This document shows positions 14,123 to 26,581 of a stretch of DNA of 64,000 bases, piece by piece. The notes under the pieces were generated by a model. It saw only the letters and a list, made by a program, of their open reading frames with translations. It ran no database searches and was not told the DNA's origin. Location of the stretch: positions 12,214,001 through 12,278,000 of the forward strand of contig NC_043020.1 in assembly GCF_006345805.1 (NCBI RefSeq), given 5' to 3'. Both the position numbers and the translations under genes were made by a program. The DNA is from Octopus sinensis (lineage: Eukaryota). Within the stretch, counting starts at the first letter, position 1. Every line of letters starts with the position of its first letter.

Positions 14123-14700
14123 GGTGCAGGAGTGGCTGTGTGGTAAGGTAGCTTGCTTACCAACCACATGGTTCCGGGTTCAGTCCCACTGCGTGGCACC
14201 TTGGGCAAGTGTCTTCTACTATAGCCTCGGGCCGACAAAGCCTTGTGAGTGGATTTGGTAGACGGAAGCTGAAAGAAGCCCAGACTAGGCGCAGGAGTGG
14301 CTGTGCGGTAAGTAGCTTGCTCACCAACCACATGGTTCCGGGTTCAGTCCCACTGCGTGGCACCTTGGGCAAGTGTCTTCTACTATAGCCTCGGGCCGAC
14401 CAAAGCCTTGTGAGTGGATTTGGTAGACGGAAACTGAAAGAAGCCTGTCGTATGTATGTATATATATGTATGTGTGTGTGTTTCTGTGTTTGTCCCCCTA
14501 GCATTGCTTGACAACTGATACTGGTGTGTTTATGTCCCCATTACTTAGCGGTTCAGCAAAAGAGACCGATAGAATAAGTAAGTACTGGGCTTACAAAAGA
14601 ATAAGTCCCAGGGTCGAGTTGCTCGATTAAAGGCAGTGCTCCAGCATAGCCGCAGTCAAATGACTGAAACAAGTAAAAGAGTAAAGAGAGAGAGAGAGTA
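14123..14700 (+). mobile_element. SINE family A: head-only copy (14123-14281) followed by a full copy (14288-14700)
   Basis: Two consecutive heads; the second has the internal microsatellite and TAAAAGAG tail. Confidence 0.9.
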
Positions 14701-14883
14701 AACCTGGTCATTACCTTGTGGTCAATGTACTTAGTTCTCAACAGTCCAGTTCACCTAGCTGGAAACACATGATAATATAGTCTAATTCATGTACTATGTC
14801 CTTCACCAAGATACTTAAGTCTGCAGAAACCAGTTGGTTTAGCTGAAAATAGCTATGGTAGAGTAGTGGTTAATACTACAAGC

Positions 14884-15219
14884 GTGGAGGCGCAATGGCC
14901 CAGTGGTTAGGGCAGCGGACTCGCGGTCGGAGGATCGCGGTTTCGATTCCTAGACCGGGCATTGTGAGTGTTTATTGAGCGAAAACACCTAAAAGCTCCA
15001 CGAGGCTCCGGCAGGGGATGGTGGTGAACTCTGCTGTACTCTTTCACCACAACTTTCTCTCGCTCTTTCTTCCTGTTTCTGTTGTACCTGTATTTCAAAG
15101 GGTCAGCCTTGTCACACTCTGTGTCACGCTGAATCTCGAGAACTACGTTAATATCACGAGCCAGCTGTTCCGTTGATCGTATCAGCTGGGACCCTCATCG
15201 TCGCAACCGACGGAGTGCT
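14884..15219 (+). mobile_element. tRNA-derived SINE family D
   Basis: Head GTGGAGGCGCAATGGCCCAGTGGTTAGGGCAGCGGACTCGCGGTCGGAGGATCGCGGTTTCGATTCC; tail GTTCCGTTGATCG...AACCGACGGAGTG shared with 40481-40855 and 48768-49089. Confidence 0.85.
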
Positions 15220-15787
15220 CCTATATATACTAATACTACAAGCTCTACCACCAATTAGTGGTATAGCTGTAGTATTAACAAGATTCATTTATTTTCACTG
15301 CAAAGCTAAATTGCTTCAGCAAGGAATGTTAACTGCTATAGAGCAGCATTCTGTCTTGTTTATGGTTGGACAGATTTTTTCACTCATCTGCTTTTCATTG
15401 CTAGGTTCCAGTATTAGCAGTCGTCTGCACAAAAAGGAAAAACAAAAATTAGCTTATAGGCGTAGGAGTCGCTATATGGCAAGTAGCTTGTTTACTAAAC
15501 TACATGGTTCTGGGTTCAGTCTCATTGTGTGGCACCTTGGGAAAGTGTCATCTACTATATCCTCGGGCCGACCAAAGACTTGTGAGTGGATTTGGTAGAC
15601 AGAAACTGAAAGAAGCCCGTCATATATATATATACTCTTTACTTGTTTCAGTCATTTGACTGCGGCCATGCTGGAGCACCGCCTTTAATTGAGCAACGCG
15701 ACCCCGGGACTTATTCTTTTGTAAGCCTAGTACTTATTCTATCGGTTGTCATGCAATGCTAGGGGGACAAACACAGAAACACATACA

Positions 15788-16932
15788 TATATATATATAC
15801 ATATATACGACGGGCTTCTTTCAGTTTCCATCTACCAAATCCACTCACAAGGCTTTGGTCGGCCCGAGGCTATAGTAGAAGACACTTGCCCAAGGTGCCA
15901 CGCAGTGGGACTGAACCCTGAACCATGTGGTTGGTTAGCAAGCTACTTACCACACAGCCACTCCTGCGCCTATATATATATATATATATGATCATCGTTT
16001 AACGTCCGTTTTCCATGCTAGCATTGGGTGGACGGTTCGACCTTGGTCTATGAAGCCAGGAGGCTGCACCAGACTCCAGTCTGATCTGGTAGAGTTTCTA
16101 CAGCTGGACGCCCTTCCTAACGCCAACCACTCCTTGAGTGTAGTGGGTGCTTTTTACGTGCCACCGGTACAGGGGCAGGGAGGCTGGCAACGGCCACAAT
16201 CGGTTGGTGCTGCCTCACCCCACATCACTTGACAACAGATGCTGGTGTGTTTACATCGTAATTTAGCAGTTCGGCAAAAGAGACCGATAAAATTATTACT
16301 AAGCTTACAAGGAATAAGTCTTGGTGGCGATTTGCTCGACTAAAGGCGGTGCTCCAGCATGGCCGCAGTCAAATGACACACAAAAGAAAATGAAATAAAA
16401 TTAGAACGTCGGTGAGTAGATTGATTTCCCGAAGAAGAGTTTTCGCTTGTAACTTGACTTGTAACACACCAGCATCAGTTGTCAAGTGATGTGGGGTGAG
16501 GCAGCACCAACCGATTGTGGCCGTTGCCAGCCTCCTCTGCCTCTGTACCGGTGGCACGTAAAAAGCACCCACTACACTCAAGGAGTGGTTGGCATTAGGA
16601 AGGGCATCCAGCTGTAGAAACTCTACCAGATCAGACTGGAGTCTGGTGCAGCCTCCTGGCTTCACAGACCCAGGTCGAACCGTCCACCCCATGATAGCAT
16701 GGAAAACGGACATTAAACGATGATGATCATATATATATATATATATATAGGCACATGAGTGGCTGTGTGGTAAGTAGCTTGTCTACCAACCACATGGTTC
16801 CGGGTTCAGTCCCACTGCGTGGTACCTTGGGCAAGTGTCTTCTACTATAGCCTCGGGCCGACCAAAGCCTTGTGAGTGGATTTGGTAGACGGAAACTGAA
16901 AGAAGCCCGTCGTATATATGTATATATATATA
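15788..16932. repeat. Large inverted duplication of a composite SINE block (arms ~15788-16254 and 16461-16932)
   Basis: Both arms carry the same SINE-A head / (TA)n / GAT-tail module / SINE-A middle junction in opposite orientation; ~205-bp spacer. Confidence 0.85.
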
Positions 16933-17110
16933 GGCGCAGGAGTGGCTTAAGGTAAGTAGCTTGTCTACCAACCACATGGTTCCGGGTTCAGTCCCATTGC
17001 GTGGCACCTTGGGCAAGTATCTTGTACTATAGCCTCGGGCCGACCAAAGCCTTGTGAGTGGATTTGGTAGACGGAAACTGAAAGAAGCCCGTCGTATATA
17101 TGTATATATA
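16933..17110 (+). mobile_element. SINE family A head, tandem copy of the preceding head
   Basis: Shares the TTGTCTACCAACC variant with the copy starting at about 16749. Confidence 0.85.
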
Positions 17111-17479
17111 TATATACATATGTATACCACAGAACTAGCGAGATTTGAACTCGTAATTCTTTCATTTGAAAAGGACTGCGAAAATATTAAGTCACTTTGT
17201 CCTTGTCTCTACTAAAATTCTCTCTCGACACAGTTTTTGTATTTAGCCAGCCTCGCTTCTGGCAGTTGGCCAAAAACAACTACTGAACTTACAACAAACA
17301 ACCTCAACGCTTGCAGATGGTTTGTGAACGCTCGCATATCTGCTGTCTCTGTCTTTGAGATTACATGTAGTCAGGTGGTGGCGGAGGTGAAATAAAGTGA
17401 AGACTGCACTAATTATTACATTCATATTGTCTACATGTTTTGTTAGTGTGAATGCACATACTTTATGCATGCATGTATA

Positions 17480-17574
17480 CATATATATATATATATATAT
17501 ATACATATTTGTATCTACGTATGCATATATATATATATACATATATATATATACATATTTGTATCTACGTATGC

Positions 17575-17616
<42 letters not shown>

Positions 17617-17751
17617 ATATTTGTATCTACGTATGCATATATTATATATATATATATGCATATATATATATAATACATATTTGTATCTACGTATGCATAT
17701 ATATATATATATATATGCATATATATATACACATATTGTATCTACGTATGC

Positions 17752-17795
<44 letters not shown>

Positions 17796-17808
17796 TTGTA
17801 TCTACGTA

Positions 17809-17844
<36 letters not shown>

Positions 17845-18200
17845 TATATATATATACACATATTTGTATCTACGTATGCATATATATATATATATGCATA
17901 TATATATATACACATATTTGTATCTACGTATGCATATATATATACACATATTTGTATCTACGTATGCATATATATATATATATATATGCATATATATATA
18001 TATACACATATTTGTATCTACGTATGCATATATATATATATATATATAATATATATATATATATATGGCATATATATACACATATTTGTATCTACGTATG
18101 CATATATATATAATATACACACATATTTGTATCTACGTATGCATATATATATGTATATATATATATATATATATAACCACATATTTGTATCTACGTATGC

Positions 18201-18239
<39 letters not shown>

Positions 18240-18316
18240 CCCACATATTTGTATCTACGTATGCATATATATATGTATATATATATATATATATATACAC
18301 ACATTTGTTCTACGTA

Positions 18317-18351
<35 letters not shown>

Positions 18352-18491
18352 CTACGTATGCATATATATATATATATATATTTGTATCTACGTATGCATA
18401 TATATATATATTTTATCTACGTATGCATATATATATATATTTGTGTATCTACGTATGCATATATATATATGTATATATTTGTATCTACGTA

Positions 18492-18532
<41 letters not shown>

Positions 18533-18745
18533 ATCTACGTATGCATATATATATATATATATATATTTGTATCTACGTATGCATATATATATAATATATA
18601 TATATATATTTGTATCTACGTATGCATATATATATATAATATATATATATTTGTATCTACGTATGCATATATATATATATATATATATATTTGTATCTAC
18701 GTATGCATATATATATATATATATATATATTTGTATCTACGTATG

Positions 18746-18795
<50 letters not shown>
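17480..18795. repeat. Minisatellite: 26 copies of core TTTGTATCTACGTATGCA separated by variable (TA)n
   Basis: Core counted 26 times by eye; spacer length varies. Confidence 0.95.
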
Positions 18796-18813
18796 GCGTG
18801 TGTGTAGATAAAA

Positions 18814-19172
18814 TATTACCTCCGCCTTCGCTAAGGCGGAGGTATTGTTTCCAGTAGTGTTTGTTTATGGACAAAATATCTCAAGAAGCGCTGGATGGAT
18901 TTGGATGAAACTTTCAGGAATGTTTGGTCTTGTGACTGGCACGAACTGATTAAATTTTGGGATCGATCCCTTACTGGACAAAGATTCTGGATTATTTTCC
19001 TTTTTTTTTTTTACTTAATTTTTGAGAGCTGTCCGGTTCATTTTTAGTATTTTTGTTTTGAGAGCAATCGAGTTAATTTCAGATATTCTCATTTTAAATA
19101 TCATCTCTGGCTAATCGTTGAGAGAACGTTGGTGTTGCCTTGGCGGAGGTTTGCGCTCTGAGTGCTCTCATT
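18814..19172 (+). mobile_element. Non-autonomous Helentron-type (HINE-like) element
   Basis: 5' TATTACCTCCGCC, 3' subterminal inverted GGCGGAGGT followed by the small hairpin GCGCTCTGAGTGC; homologous copy at 50215-50550. Confidence 0.65.
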
Positions 19173-19496
19173 TTATATATATTTTCGAATTTTCCTTTCA
19201 ACGTCAGTTTGACCTTGCGAGATAGTAATTATTCACTAACCGTCAGAATAAAATTGTATACACACGCACACCTCAAAAAAGAATTGACCTAGGAACATTT
19301 ATAATTTTAGTGAAGTACTCCTAACAAAACAAGAACGTGATAGCAACCCCAGGACCAGAACAACAAGCAATGATATAACAACAGAATGAAATTAATGTAA
19401 CGCAACCAGCAAATTCCTCTCATCAGCTCCCTAACGGATGTCAACGTGATTTTGACACCAATGGCAAGCCCACTTTTATTGGTAACAAACGGCCTT

Positions 19497-19532
<36 letters not shown>

Positions 19533-19702
19533 GTATGTATATATTGGAAAAGTTGGCACAATCACAAGAAGGTATTTTACAGATAAAAGAAAAATACAGT
19601 GTACATGAAAATTGAGTAAAGGTAAAGGATTAACAAATATTGTTGGTGACAGAACATCTTCGAAACAAAATTATATTTCATTATTCGGTTGGTTTTGCAT
19701 AC

Positions 19703-20089
19703 TCTCTCTTTACTCTTGTTTCAGTCATTTGACTGCGGCCATGCTGGAGCACCGCCTTTAATCGAGCAACTCGACACCGGGACTTATTCTTTTGTAAGCC
19801 CAGTACTTATTCTATCGGTCTCTTTTGCCGAACCGCTAAGTAACGGGGACATAAACACACCAGCATCGGTTGTCAAGCAATGGTAGGGGAACAAACACAC
19901 ACACACGCATATATATATATACATATATACGATGGGCTTCTTTCAGTTTCCGTCTATCAAATCCACTCACAAGGCTTTGGTCGGCCCGAGGCTATAGTAG
20001 AAGACACTTGCCCAAGGTGCCACGCAGGGGACTGAACCCGGAACCATGTGGGTGGTAAACAAGCTACTTACCACACAGCCACTCCTGCA
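19703..20089 (-). mobile_element. SINE family A
   Basis: Full head-microsatellite-tail structure on the minus strand. Confidence 0.9.
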
Positions 20090-20510
20090 TATTCCTATTC
20101 TTTGCACAATCTCTGCATTTCGATTCCTGGACTGAGGTAGTGGTGGTGGGGGGTGTATTGTGTTCTTGAACAAGACACTTCATCTCGCGTTGTTCTGGGA
20201 ACACTGACATCTGACATTGGCACACTATGCCATCTGTACAGGTAATGTAGATTTTAAAGGGGGAGTGGGGGAAAAGTGTGTTAGTATACAGCACGAACGC
20301 CAGGCGATTATAAACAAATTATTTTGCGAGGGTTGTTCAGTCAGAAATTGCGGAATCGTCTTTCACGGACACGAGTGACCACCAATAATATGAAGCAGCT
20401 CAATTTGTCCAAATTTAACATTTGGGGGTATTTACATTTCTATCTTTCTGTGTGTGTGTATGTATGTATGTATGTATGTATGTATGTGTGTGTGTGTATA
20501 TATATATATA

Positions 20511-20909
20511 GGCGCAGTAGTGGCTGTGTGGTAAGTAGCTTGTTTACCAACGACATGGTTCCGGGTTCAGTCCCACTGCGTGGCATCTTGGGCAAGTGTC
20601 TTCTGCTATAGCCTCGGGCCGACCAATGCCTTGTGAGTGGATTTGGTAGACGGAAACTGAAAGAAGCCTGTCGTATATATGTATATATATATGTCTGTGT
20701 GTGTGTTTGTGTGTCTGTGTTTGTTCCCCTAGCATTGCTTGACAACCGATGCTGGTGTGTTTACGTCCCCGTCACTTAGCGGTTCGGCAAAAGAGACCGA
20801 TAGAATAAGTACTGGGCTTACAAAGAATAAGTCCCGGGGTCGATTTGCTCGACTAAAAGGCGGTGCTCCAGCATGGCCGCAGTCAAATGACTGAAACATG
20901 TAAAAGAGA

Positions 20910-20910
<1 letters not shown>
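20511..20910 (+). mobile_element. SINE family A
   Basis: Full head-microsatellite-tail structure. Confidence 0.9.
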
Positions 20911-20945
<35 letters not shown>

Positions 20946-21029
20946 AATTAAATAAAATGAAATATATATGCGTGTATATATATATATATACATATATGTA
21001 CGTACCTCTACATGTATATATACATGCAT

Positions 21030-21345
21030 ATATGGGTACAGGACACCAAAAAAACGTTGAACACAATGAGAAACGAAAACAAACACAAAACCAAGGAACT
21101 GGAAATTTTTCTTAAACAACGAAAAAATAGAGTACAAGTCAAATAACACAAGGAAAATTACCCTTCTTCAGTCACCATGGTTTCATCTACTCTGCGTTTC
21201 GAAGGTGAAGGCGAGACGCATCTTCGATTGAAACTTTCCTTCCCGCGAAAAGCAGATTAAATAAAATTTAAGGTCTTTTTGCGGAGGGGTAAAAATGGTA
21301 ACAAAAACAGGACAGTTACGACAGTACAAAATATAAACAGTAAAA
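21030..21345 (-). repeat. Unclassified repeat-like segment, possibly Penelope-like terminal sequence
   Basis: Minus strand has CCTTCGAAACGC and CTGAAGAAGG motifs resembling pieces of PLE-associated hammerhead cores, but not in a complete arrangement. Confidence 0.3.
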
Positions 21346-21538
21346 GACATAAATATATATATATATATATAAAACTTATTTCTATATATATATTTATATA
21401 TAAACGTATTTATATATATATGTGTGTGTGTAATATATATGTGCCTTATCAATAAGCAGCTTTCTCCATTATTGTATATACGTATATGACGCATGCGCAT
21501 AAATATCTGTGTGTGTATATATGTGTATATATATATAT

Positions 21539-21910
21539 GGCGCAGGAGTGGCTGTGTGGTAAGTAACTTGCTTACCAACCACATAGTTCCGGGTTCAGTC
21601 ACACTGCGTGGCACCTTGGGCAAGTGTCTTCGACCAAAACCTTGTGAGTGGATTTGGTAGACGGAAACTGAAAGATCGTCGGTGCTCCAGTACGGCCGCA
21701 GTAAAATGACTGCAACAAGTAAAAGAGTATATACGAATATGTTTGTATTTGTGCCCCCAGCATCGGTTGACAACTGTAAAGTAGAGGTTCAGCCAAAGGG
21801 AATATAGAATAAGTACTAAGCTTACAAGGAATAAGTCCTGGGATCGATTTGCTCGACTAAAGGCGGTGCTCCAGCATGACCGCAGTCAAATTACAGAAAC
21901 AAATAAAAGA
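21539..21910 (+). mobile_element. Rearranged SINE family A copy
   Basis: Head followed by shuffled or deleted 3' modules, directly upstream of the satellite. Confidence 0.8.
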
Positions 21911-21913
21911 CTA

Positions 21914-24428
21914 TATGACCCACTGTCTACTCCCCAAAGACGATATTTAGATGTAGTGCGTAACCCAGCAAGTAACCAGCCTTATCCAGATGTGAAAAGG
22001 GCAGCAGCTGAACAACAATCTTTTATGACCCACTGTCTACTCCCCAAAGACGATATTTAGATGTAGTGCGTAACCCAGCAAGTAACCAGCCTTATCCAGA
22101 TGTGAAAAGGGCAGCAGCTGAACAACAATCTTTTATGACCCACTGTCTACCCCCCGAAGACGATATTTAGATGTAGTGCGTAACCCAGCAAGTAACCAGC
22201 CTTATCCAGATGTGAAAAGGGCAGCAGCTGAACAACAATCTTTTATGACCCACTGTCTACTCCCCAAAGACGATATTTAGATGTAGTGCGTAACCCAGCA
22301 AGTAACCAGCCTTATCCAGATGTGAAAAGGGCAGCAGCTGAACAACAATCTTTTATGACCCACTGTCTACTCCCCAAAGACGATATTTAGATGTAGTGCG
22401 TAACCCAGCAAGTAACCAGCCTTATCCAGATGTGAAAAGGGCAGCAGCTGAACAACAATCTTTTATGACCCACTGTCTACTCCCCAAAGACGATATTTAG
22501 ATGTAGTGCGTAACCCAGCAAGTAACCAGCCTTATCCAGATGTGAAAAGGGCAGCAGCTGACACAACAATCTTTTATGACCCATGTCTACTCCCCAAAGA
22601 CGATATTTAGATGTAGTGCGTTACCCAGCAAGTAACCAGCCTTATCCAGATGTGAAAAGGGCAGCAGCTGAACAACAATCTTTTATGACCCACTGTCTAC
22701 TCCCCAAAGACGATATTTAGATGTAGTGCGTAACCCAGCAAGTAACCAGCCTTATCCAGATGTGAAAAGGGCAGCAGCTGAACAACAATCTTTTATGACC
22801 CACTGTCTACTCCCCGAAGACGATATTTAGATGTAGTGCGTAACCCAGCAAGTAACCAGCCTTATCCAGATGTGAAAAGGGCAGCAGCTGAACAACAATC
22901 TTTTATGACCCACTGTCTACTCCCCAAAGACGATATTTAGATGTAGTGCGTAACCCAGCAAGTAACCAGCCTTATCCAGATGTGAAAAGGGGGCAGCAGC
23001 TGAAAACAATCTTTTATGACCCACTGTCTACTCCCGAAGACGATATTTAGATGTAGTGCGTAACCCAGCAAGTAACCAGCCTTATCCAGATGTGAAAAGG
23101 GCAGCAGCTGAACACACAATCTTTTATGACCCACTGTCTACTCCCCAAAGACGATATTTAGATGTAGTGCGTAACCCAGCAAGTAACAGCCTATCCAGAT
23201 GTGAAAAGGGCAGCAGCTGAACAACAATCTTTTATGACCCACTGTCTACTCCCCGAAGACGATATTTAGATGTAGTGCGTAACCAGCAAGTAACCAGCCT
23301 TATCCAGATGTGAAAAGGGCAGCAGCTGAACAACAATCTTTTATGACCCACTGTCTACTCCCCAAAGACGATATTTAGATGTAGTGCGTAACCCAGCAAG
23401 TAACCAGCCTTATCCAGATGTGAAAAGGGCAGCAGCTGAACAACAATCTTTTATGACCCACTGTCTACTCCCCGAAGACGATATTAGATGTAGTGCGTAA
23501 CCCAGCAAGTAACCAGCCTTATCCAGATGTGAAAAGGGCAGCAGCTGAACACACAATCTTTTATGACCCACTGTCTACTCCCCAAAGACGATATCTAGAT
23601 GTAGTGCGTAACCCAGCAAGTAACCAGCCTTATCCAGATGTGAAAAGGGCAGCAGCTGAACAACAATCTTTTATGACCCACGTCTACTCCCCAAAGACGA
23701 TATTTAGATGTAGTGCGTAACCCAGCAAGTAACCAGCCTTATCCAGATGTGAAAAGGGCAGCAGCTGAACAACAATCTTTATGACCCACTGTCTACTCCC
23801 CAAAGACGATATTTAGATGTAGTGCGTAACCCAGCAAGTAACCAGCTTACAGATGTGAAAAGGGCAGCAGCTGAACAACAATTTTATGACCCACTGTCTA
23901 CTCCCGAAGACAATATTTAGATGTAGTGCGTAACCCAGCAAGTAACCAGCCTTATCCAGATGTGAAAAGGGCAGCAGCTGAACAACAATCTTTTATGACC
24001 CACTGTCTACTCCCCAAAGACGATATTTAGATGTAGTGCGTACCCAGCAAGTAACCAGCCTTATCCAGATGTGAAAAGGGCAGCAGCTGAACAACAATCT
24101 TTTATGACCCACTGTCTACTCCCCGAAGACGATATTTAGATGTAGTGCGTAACCCAGCAAGTAACCAGCCTTATCCAGATGTGAAAAGGGCCAGCTGAAC
24201 AACAATCTTTTATGACCCACTGTCTACTCCCCAAAGACGATATTAGATGTAGTGCGTACCCCAGCAAGTAACCAGCCTATCCAGATGTGAAAAGGGCAGC
24301 AGCTGAACAACAATCTTTTATGACCCACTGTCTACTCCCCAAAGACGATATTTAGATGTAGTGCGTAACCCAGCAAGTAACCAGCCTTATCCAGATGTGA
24401 AAAGGGCAGCAGCTGAACAACAATCTTT
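21914..24428. repeat. Satellite array, ~23 x 110-bp units
   Basis: Unit TATGACCCACTGTCTACTCCCCAAAGACGATATTTAGATGTAGTGCGTAACCCAGCAAGTAACCAGCCTTATCCAGATGTGAAAAGGGCAGCAGCTGAACAACAATCTTT; period 110 (TATGACC ends at 21920, 22030, 22140, 22250); near-identical units. Confidence 0.97.
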
Positions 24429-25107
24429 TTTGCGCTTGCCACAAAAGATTATCTGGCTGTTGACCTTGCTAAAAACAGATATTTGGAACTACACCCACCA
24501 CCGCACAAAGTCAACACTAGTAACATATACAGGATGGCCATCGCTAAAACCAACGCAGTCGTTAGAAAAATATTTCTAAATATCGGAGGATTATAGCACG
24601 TCGACTGTAAATAAAAAATCTCCTGAGAGACCTTGCTGCATGCAATCAAGCTCTTCAAGATATATATATATATATATAAATATGTATATATCTCTTTTAC
24701 TTGCTTCAGTCATTTGACTGTGACCATGCTGGAGCACCGCCTTTAGTCGAGCAAAGAAAGCTGGAGGGTATATCGGCCGAAACGGTGTGGTAACAACAAA
24801 CAAGATGAGGAAAAAAATATCCGTCAAATGTAAATAATGTGTTATCATTACTATAGAAACCGGCTTAAGGGCGGGCGGTGGATTGGTAAAATCAGTAGGG
24901 TACCTTGGGAGTTCTGTATCTTTACGTTCTAAATTCCAATCATAGTGGGATCGACTTAGCTTTTCACCCTTCCAAGGAAAGATACAATGAAGTACCTGTG
25001 AAATACCGGGGTTGATATCTATGAGTGAAACACCTCCTCCCCTTTTCTGGCCTCGTATCTGTACGAGAAATCCTTCATAACTCAATCTTTTAATTCTCTC
25101 AAGTATA

Positions 25108-25338
25108 TATTTCTTTACTGCCCACAAGGGGCTAAACATAGAGGGGACAAACAAGGACAGACAAAGCGATTAAGTCGATTAAATCGACCCCAGTGCGAAG
25201 CTGGTACTTTATTTATCGACCTCGAAAGGATGAAAGGCAAAGTCGACCTCGGCGGAATTTGAAGTCAGAAAGTAACGGCAGACGAAATACGACTACGCAT
25301 TTCGCCCGGCGTGCTAACGTTTCTGCCAGCTCGCCGCC
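25108..25338 (-). mobile_element. tRNA-derived SINE family B (OR2-like)
   Basis: Head GGCGGCGAGCTGGCAGAAACGTTAGCACGCCGGGCGAAATG, core GTCGACTTTGCCTTTCATCC, tail TTTGTCTGTCCTTGTTTGTCCCCTCT...GAAATA. Confidence 0.9.
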
Positions 25339-25723
25339 TTCTCTCAAGTATAGGTGCAAGCATGGCGATGTGGTTAAGAAGATCCGTTTGCAACCACATG
25401 GTTCGGGTTCAGTCCCATAGCTCGGTACCTTGGGCTAGTATCTTCTACTATATTTGGTTGACGGAAACTTCGTGTATATATATGTGTGTGTACGAGTGTG
25501 TGTAGAGGCATTCAGTGCTTATGACTGTCATCATTGGTGTATTAATGTCCTTGTAACTTAGCGCTTTGGCAAAAGACATCAATAGAATAAGTAAAAGATT
25601 TTGCAAGAAATAAGTCCTGGGATTGATTTGTTGGAGTGAAGGCGGTATCCCAGCATGGCCGCAATCCAATAACTGAAACAAGTAAAAGATATTTCAAGAC
25701 TTAAAAAATCCTGAACTAACATA

Positions 25724-26150
25724 GGCGCAGGCGCGTGGCTGTGTAGCAAAAAAGCTTGCTTCCCAACCACGTGGTTCCGGGTTCAGTCCCGCTGCGTGGA
25801 ACCTTGGGCAGGTGTCTTCTACTAAAGTCTTGGGCCGACCAAAGCCTTGAGTGGATTTGGTAAACGGAAACTGAAAGAAGCCCGTCATATATATATATAT
25901 ATTATATATATATATATATGAATATATTTACGTGTTGTGTTTATGTCTGTGTTTGCGTCCGCCCCCCATCGCATGACAACCGATGTTGGTATGTTTACGT
26001 CCCCGTAACTTAGCGATTCGGCAAGAGACCGACAGAATAAGCCACAGGCTTACAAAGAATAAGTCCAGAGATCGATTTCTTCGACTAAATAGCGATGCTC
26101 CAATATGGCCACAGTCAATTGACTGAAACAAGTAAAAGAATAAAAAAGTA
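25724..26150 (+). mobile_element. SINE family A (a further degenerate copy lies at about 25352-25690)
   Basis: Head, (TA)n, 3' module. Confidence 0.85.
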
Positions 26151-26156
26151 TAACCC

Positions 26157-26194
26157 GGCGCAGGAGTGGTTGTGTGGTAAGTAGCTTGCTAACC
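26157..26194 (+). mobile_element. 5' part of the SINE family A copy split by the Tx1 LINE
   Basis: GGCGCAGGAGTGGTTGTGTGGTAAGTAGCTTGCTAACC; continues at 31614. Confidence 0.9.
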
Positions 26195-26581
26195 TCACTG
26201 ACTGAAGAGTGACTTTGCTTACCGTACTACGGTTTGGACGCGTTTTTCTTCCGGTAAGAATTTTGCTGTGTTGTTAATTGTTGAATTTCTACTACTGAAA
26301 ATTTGTCTTTAAACGTTGCTGAACTGTCTTGTTCTCGGTTTTACCGGGGAATAATTGGATAATTTCTTACCGTTGAACTGTTAGCCATTGTGGCTTTTTA
26401 TTTACGTGACTATATATAGTCCTACCAGACTATTTTCGTGCCCCTCCCCGAATGGGGGTGGGAATTGGAATTTTTGAACTGCTTTTTTGAACTACTTTGG
26501 AAGAAAAACTTTCTATAGGTTTCCCAGTTTTGTGAGAAACCAATATTCGTAATTTTTGTGTTGTCTAATTTCAACAGAATA

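Noticed and set aside
14715-14760. In-frame TGA as possible selenocysteine in a minus-strand mini-exon
   Set aside because: No SECIS or homology; the exon itself is unsupported.
14884-14960. tRNA genes (here and at other SINE heads)
   Set aside because: A/B-box-like motifs continue straight into SINE bodies; no complete cloverleaf with an acceptor stem was found.
17318-17340. WFVNAR resembling TALE homeodomain helix 3
   Set aside because: The following basic residues and upstream helices are absent; likely chance.
17480-18795. Repeat-spacer (CRISPR-like) pattern
   Set aside because: The spacers are only variable (TA)n and carry no unique sequence.
21914-24428. CRISPR-like regular array
   Set aside because: Units are contiguous and near-identical with no unique spacers, no cas genes are present, and the context is eukaryotic.
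26195-26235. CTGAAGA at the Tx1 5' end as a hammerhead core
   Set aside because: No stem II-GAAA-stem III follows; it lies in a simple TCACT/AGTGA hairpin.
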